64,000 bases of DNA, taken from the NCBI GenBank assembly GCA_964413425.1, contig CAYPST010000007.1, positions 10,987 through 74,986 on the forward strand. Reading direction: 5' to 3'. Of the stretch, positions 61,824 through 64,000 are shown one piece after another; positions within the stretch are counted from its first letter, which is position 1, and the number at the start of each line of letters is the position of its first letter. A model generated the notes under the pieces. It was not told the origin of the DNA, searched no databases, and saw nothing but the letters and a program-made list of their open reading frames with translations. The stretch is from an uncultured bacterium. Its GTDB lineage: Bacteria; Fidelibacterota; JAANXI01. A program made the position numbers and the translations under genes.

Positions 61824-62738
61824 ATGCCAGATAAATCTAAAGCCTTGACCCGGCGGGAATTTATCACCAGGGGATCGAAACTGGCTGCAGGTGTGGTTGG
61901 TGCAACGTTGACAGCCCGTTCTGCGCAGCAGGCGGTAAGTACTCAATCATCTTCGGATACGGCCATGCAGTTCGGTTTGGTCACGTATCTATGGGGTAAA
62001 GATTGGGAGCTGCCTGAACTGATCCGAAACTGCCAGACTGCCGGTGTCTACGGTGTAGAACTTCGGGTTGATCATGCGCACGGCGTCAGTCCCAAATTAG
62101 ATTCACGAGCACGATATGAGGTCCGCCTGCGTTTCGAACACAGTCCGGTGGAACTGGTCGGGTTCGGAACGAATTATGAATTTCATTCCCCGGACAAAGA
62201 CGAATTACAGGCGAATCTTCACGGTGCGAAAGAATATGTCCGCCTCTCACATGATGTCGGCAGCAGTGGCGTAAAGGTCAAACCGAATACACTTCCGGCT
62301 GATGTACCCGTTGAACAAACCATCGAACAAATCGGCACTTCACTCAATGATCTCGGAGAGTATGCGGAAAGCCTGGGACAGGAAATCCGGGTGGAAGTCC
62401 ACGGTCGGGAGACATCCCGGCTTCCTGTCATGGCCCGGATCTTCGAGCATGTCACCCAGCCGAATGTGGGTGTCTGCTGGAACTGTAATGACGTGGATCT
62501 GGAGGGGGAAGGTCTGGAGTATAACTTTAATCTGGTTAAAGACGATTTCGGCCGGACGGTCCACACCCGGGAGTTCAATATCGGTGATTATCCGTATCAA
62601 CAGCTGTTCAATCTTTTTGTTGACATGAATTATGCCGGCTGGATTCTGCTGGAAGCCCGCACAAATCCGGGAGATCGGATTAAAGCGTTGCAACAGCAAA
62701 AACAGCTGTTCAAAGAGATGGTTTCCAAAGCCGGCTAA
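61824..62738 (+). CDS. Tat-exported sugar phosphate isomerase/epimerase (xylose-isomerase-like TIM barrel)
   Basis: LTRREFI Tat motif; GVELR, RVEVHG and YAGWILLE; AAGGAGG ribosome-binding site. Confidence 0.85.
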   Translation: MPDKSKALTRREFITRGSKLAAGVVGATLTARSAQQAVSTQSSSDTAMQFGLVTYLWGKDWELPELIRNCQTAGVYGVELRVDHAHGVSPKLDSRARYEVRLRFEHSPVELVGFGTNYEFHSPDKDELQANLHGAKEYVRLSHDVGSSGVKVKPNTLPADVPVEQTIEQIGTSLNDLGEYAESLGQEIRVEVHGRETSRLPVMARIFEHVTQPNVGVCWNCNDVDLEGEGLEYNFNLVKDDFGRTVHTREFNIGDYPYQQLFNLFVDMNYAGWILLEARTNPGDRIKALQQQKQLFKEMVSKAG

Positions 62739-62832
62739 ACGCCGATACGAGAGCCGGAGAGAACGAAACATGCGAATCATATGAACCAAAGTATCAGAAA
62801 TCTCAATGAAGACTAACTGAGGAGGAAGTATT

Positions 62833-64000
62833 ATGGCTTCAAAACCAGAAGGAATGACGCGACGGGAATTCCTTGCACGCAGTACGATGGCCGCTGCCGG
62901 AGTGGCCGCAGCCAGTTCCCTGGCTGCGCCACGGAAGAATGTCCTGGGGAATCAAATGGGCGCGAACGAAACCATTAACATGGCCGTGATGGGAATCCGG
63001 GGCCGGGGACAGTCCCTTATCAACAACTTCGGGGAGATGGAGAATGTCCGGATAAAAACCCTGTGTGACGTGGATGAGAAGTTGTTTCCGGACCGGGTAA
63101 AGATGACGGAAGAAGTGCAGGGATCTCGTCCGGGCACGGAATACGATATTCGCCGCGTCCTGGAGGATCCGGATATTGATGCGGTGGGAATGGCGACCCC
63201 GAATCACTGGCATGCCCTGGGAACCATCTGGGCCTGCCAGGCCGGAAAACATGTCTACTGTGAGAAACCGGCCTCCCATAATATCTGGGAAGGACGCAAG
63301 ATGGTTGATGCCGCTCGCAAGTATAACCGCATAGTCCAGATCGGATTCCAGAACCGATCCAGGCAGAACACCAACGCCGCCATGAAATTTCTCCACGAGG
63401 GCGGTATAGGTGAGGTGTACATGGCTCGCGGTCTGTGCTTCAAGCCGAGAGGTGATATCGGCAATCCTCCGAATCAGCCCGTACCGGAAGGGCTCCATTA
63501 TGATCTCTGGCTCGGTCCGGCTCAGGAACGGCCGTTTAATCCGAACTATGTGCACTATAACTGGCACTGGCACTGGGCGTTCGGGAACGGTGATACCGGG
63601 AACCAGGGCCCGCATCAGTTCGATATCGCCCGCTGGGGTCTGAACAAGGAAGAAGCCCCCATTAAAATCAGTTCCAAGGGCGGCTACTACGTCTACGATT
63701 CGACTCAGGAAACGCCGAATACCCAGACTTCCATCTATGAATATGCCGACGGAAAGGTTCTGGAATTCGGAACCCGCGGCTTGTTCACCAACAGCGAAAG
63801 TGAACAGACAATTGGGGACATTTTCTATGGCAGCGAGGGATGGATGGAGATTGATGCCGGTGGAAACTGGAAGACCTACTTCGGCCGCGATAATGAGCCC
63901 GGTCCGTCCTCGGAGGAAACCGATGAAGAAGAATATGATGCCATGGATCTCATCGGCGCCGGCGGTGGTGGGCACTTCGCGAACTTTATTGCAGCGGTTC
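62833..64000 (+). CDS. Second Tat-exported Gfo/Idh/MocA-family oxidoreductase; runs off the window end and is missing from the ORF track
   Basis: My translation from the ATG at 62833 (after GGAGG): MASKPEGMTRREFLARS...INMAVMGIRGRG...ATPNHWH...YCEKP...GDTGNQGPHQFD. Confidence 0.9.
   Translation, partial: MASKPEGMTRREFLARSTMAAAGVAAASSLAAPRKNVLGNQMGANETINMAVMGIRGRGQSLINNFGEMENVRIKTLCDVDEKLFPDRVKMTEEVQGSRPGTEYDIRRVLEDPDIDAVGMATPNHWHALGTIWACQAGKHVYCEKPASHNIWEGRKMVDAARKYNRIVQIGFQNRSRQNTNAAMKFLHEGGIGEVYMARGLCFKPRGDIGNPPNQPVPEGLHYDLWLGPAQERPFNPNYVHYNWHWHWAFGNGDTGNQGPHQFDIARWGLNKEEAPIKISSKGGYYVYDSTQETPNTQTSIYEYADGKVLEFGTRGLFTNSESEQTIGDIFYGSEGWMEIDAGGNWKTYFGRDNEPGPSSEETDEEEYDAMDLIGAGGGGHFANFIAAV

Noticed and set aside
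62839-63975. 378-aa minus-strand ORF
   Set aside because: Antisense shadow of the real plus-strand Gfo/Idh/MocA gene starting at 62833.

Overview
A ~50% GC chromosomal window from a diderm bacterium. The lineage is probably FCB-related (e.g. Marinimicrobia/KSB1-like); this is inferred from a FlgD-Ig/T9SS-type C-terminal domain, a mitochondrial-type aconitase and the thrS-infC-rpmI-rplT-pheST-zapA-rny gene order. Most of the window is housekeeping: leuS, carAB, tamB/Omp85, aconitase, folD, rny, pheST, thrS, tmk, rsmI, lat, rho, ktrAB, gpsA, purM, an acyl-CoA ligase and three tRNAs. An accessory stretch (~21.5-30 kb) holds two orphan genes and a Tat-exported fucose-isomerase-like gene broken by an IS630 element. 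The window ends in a Tat-exported Gfo/Idh/MocA plus TIM-barrel sugar cluster. The most unusual signal is non-coding. Six copies of a MITE-like element (17-bp imperfect TIRs, 8-bp target duplications) differ in length almost entirely through insertion of ~22-nt twin-minihairpin modules. These modules covary in their stems, nest inside one another, are absent from one 'empty' MITE copy, and also occur outside the MITEs. Three candidate structured RNAs were also seen: upstream of leuS, between zapA and rny, and upstream of rho. All calls come from reading the sequence by eye; no database search was run.
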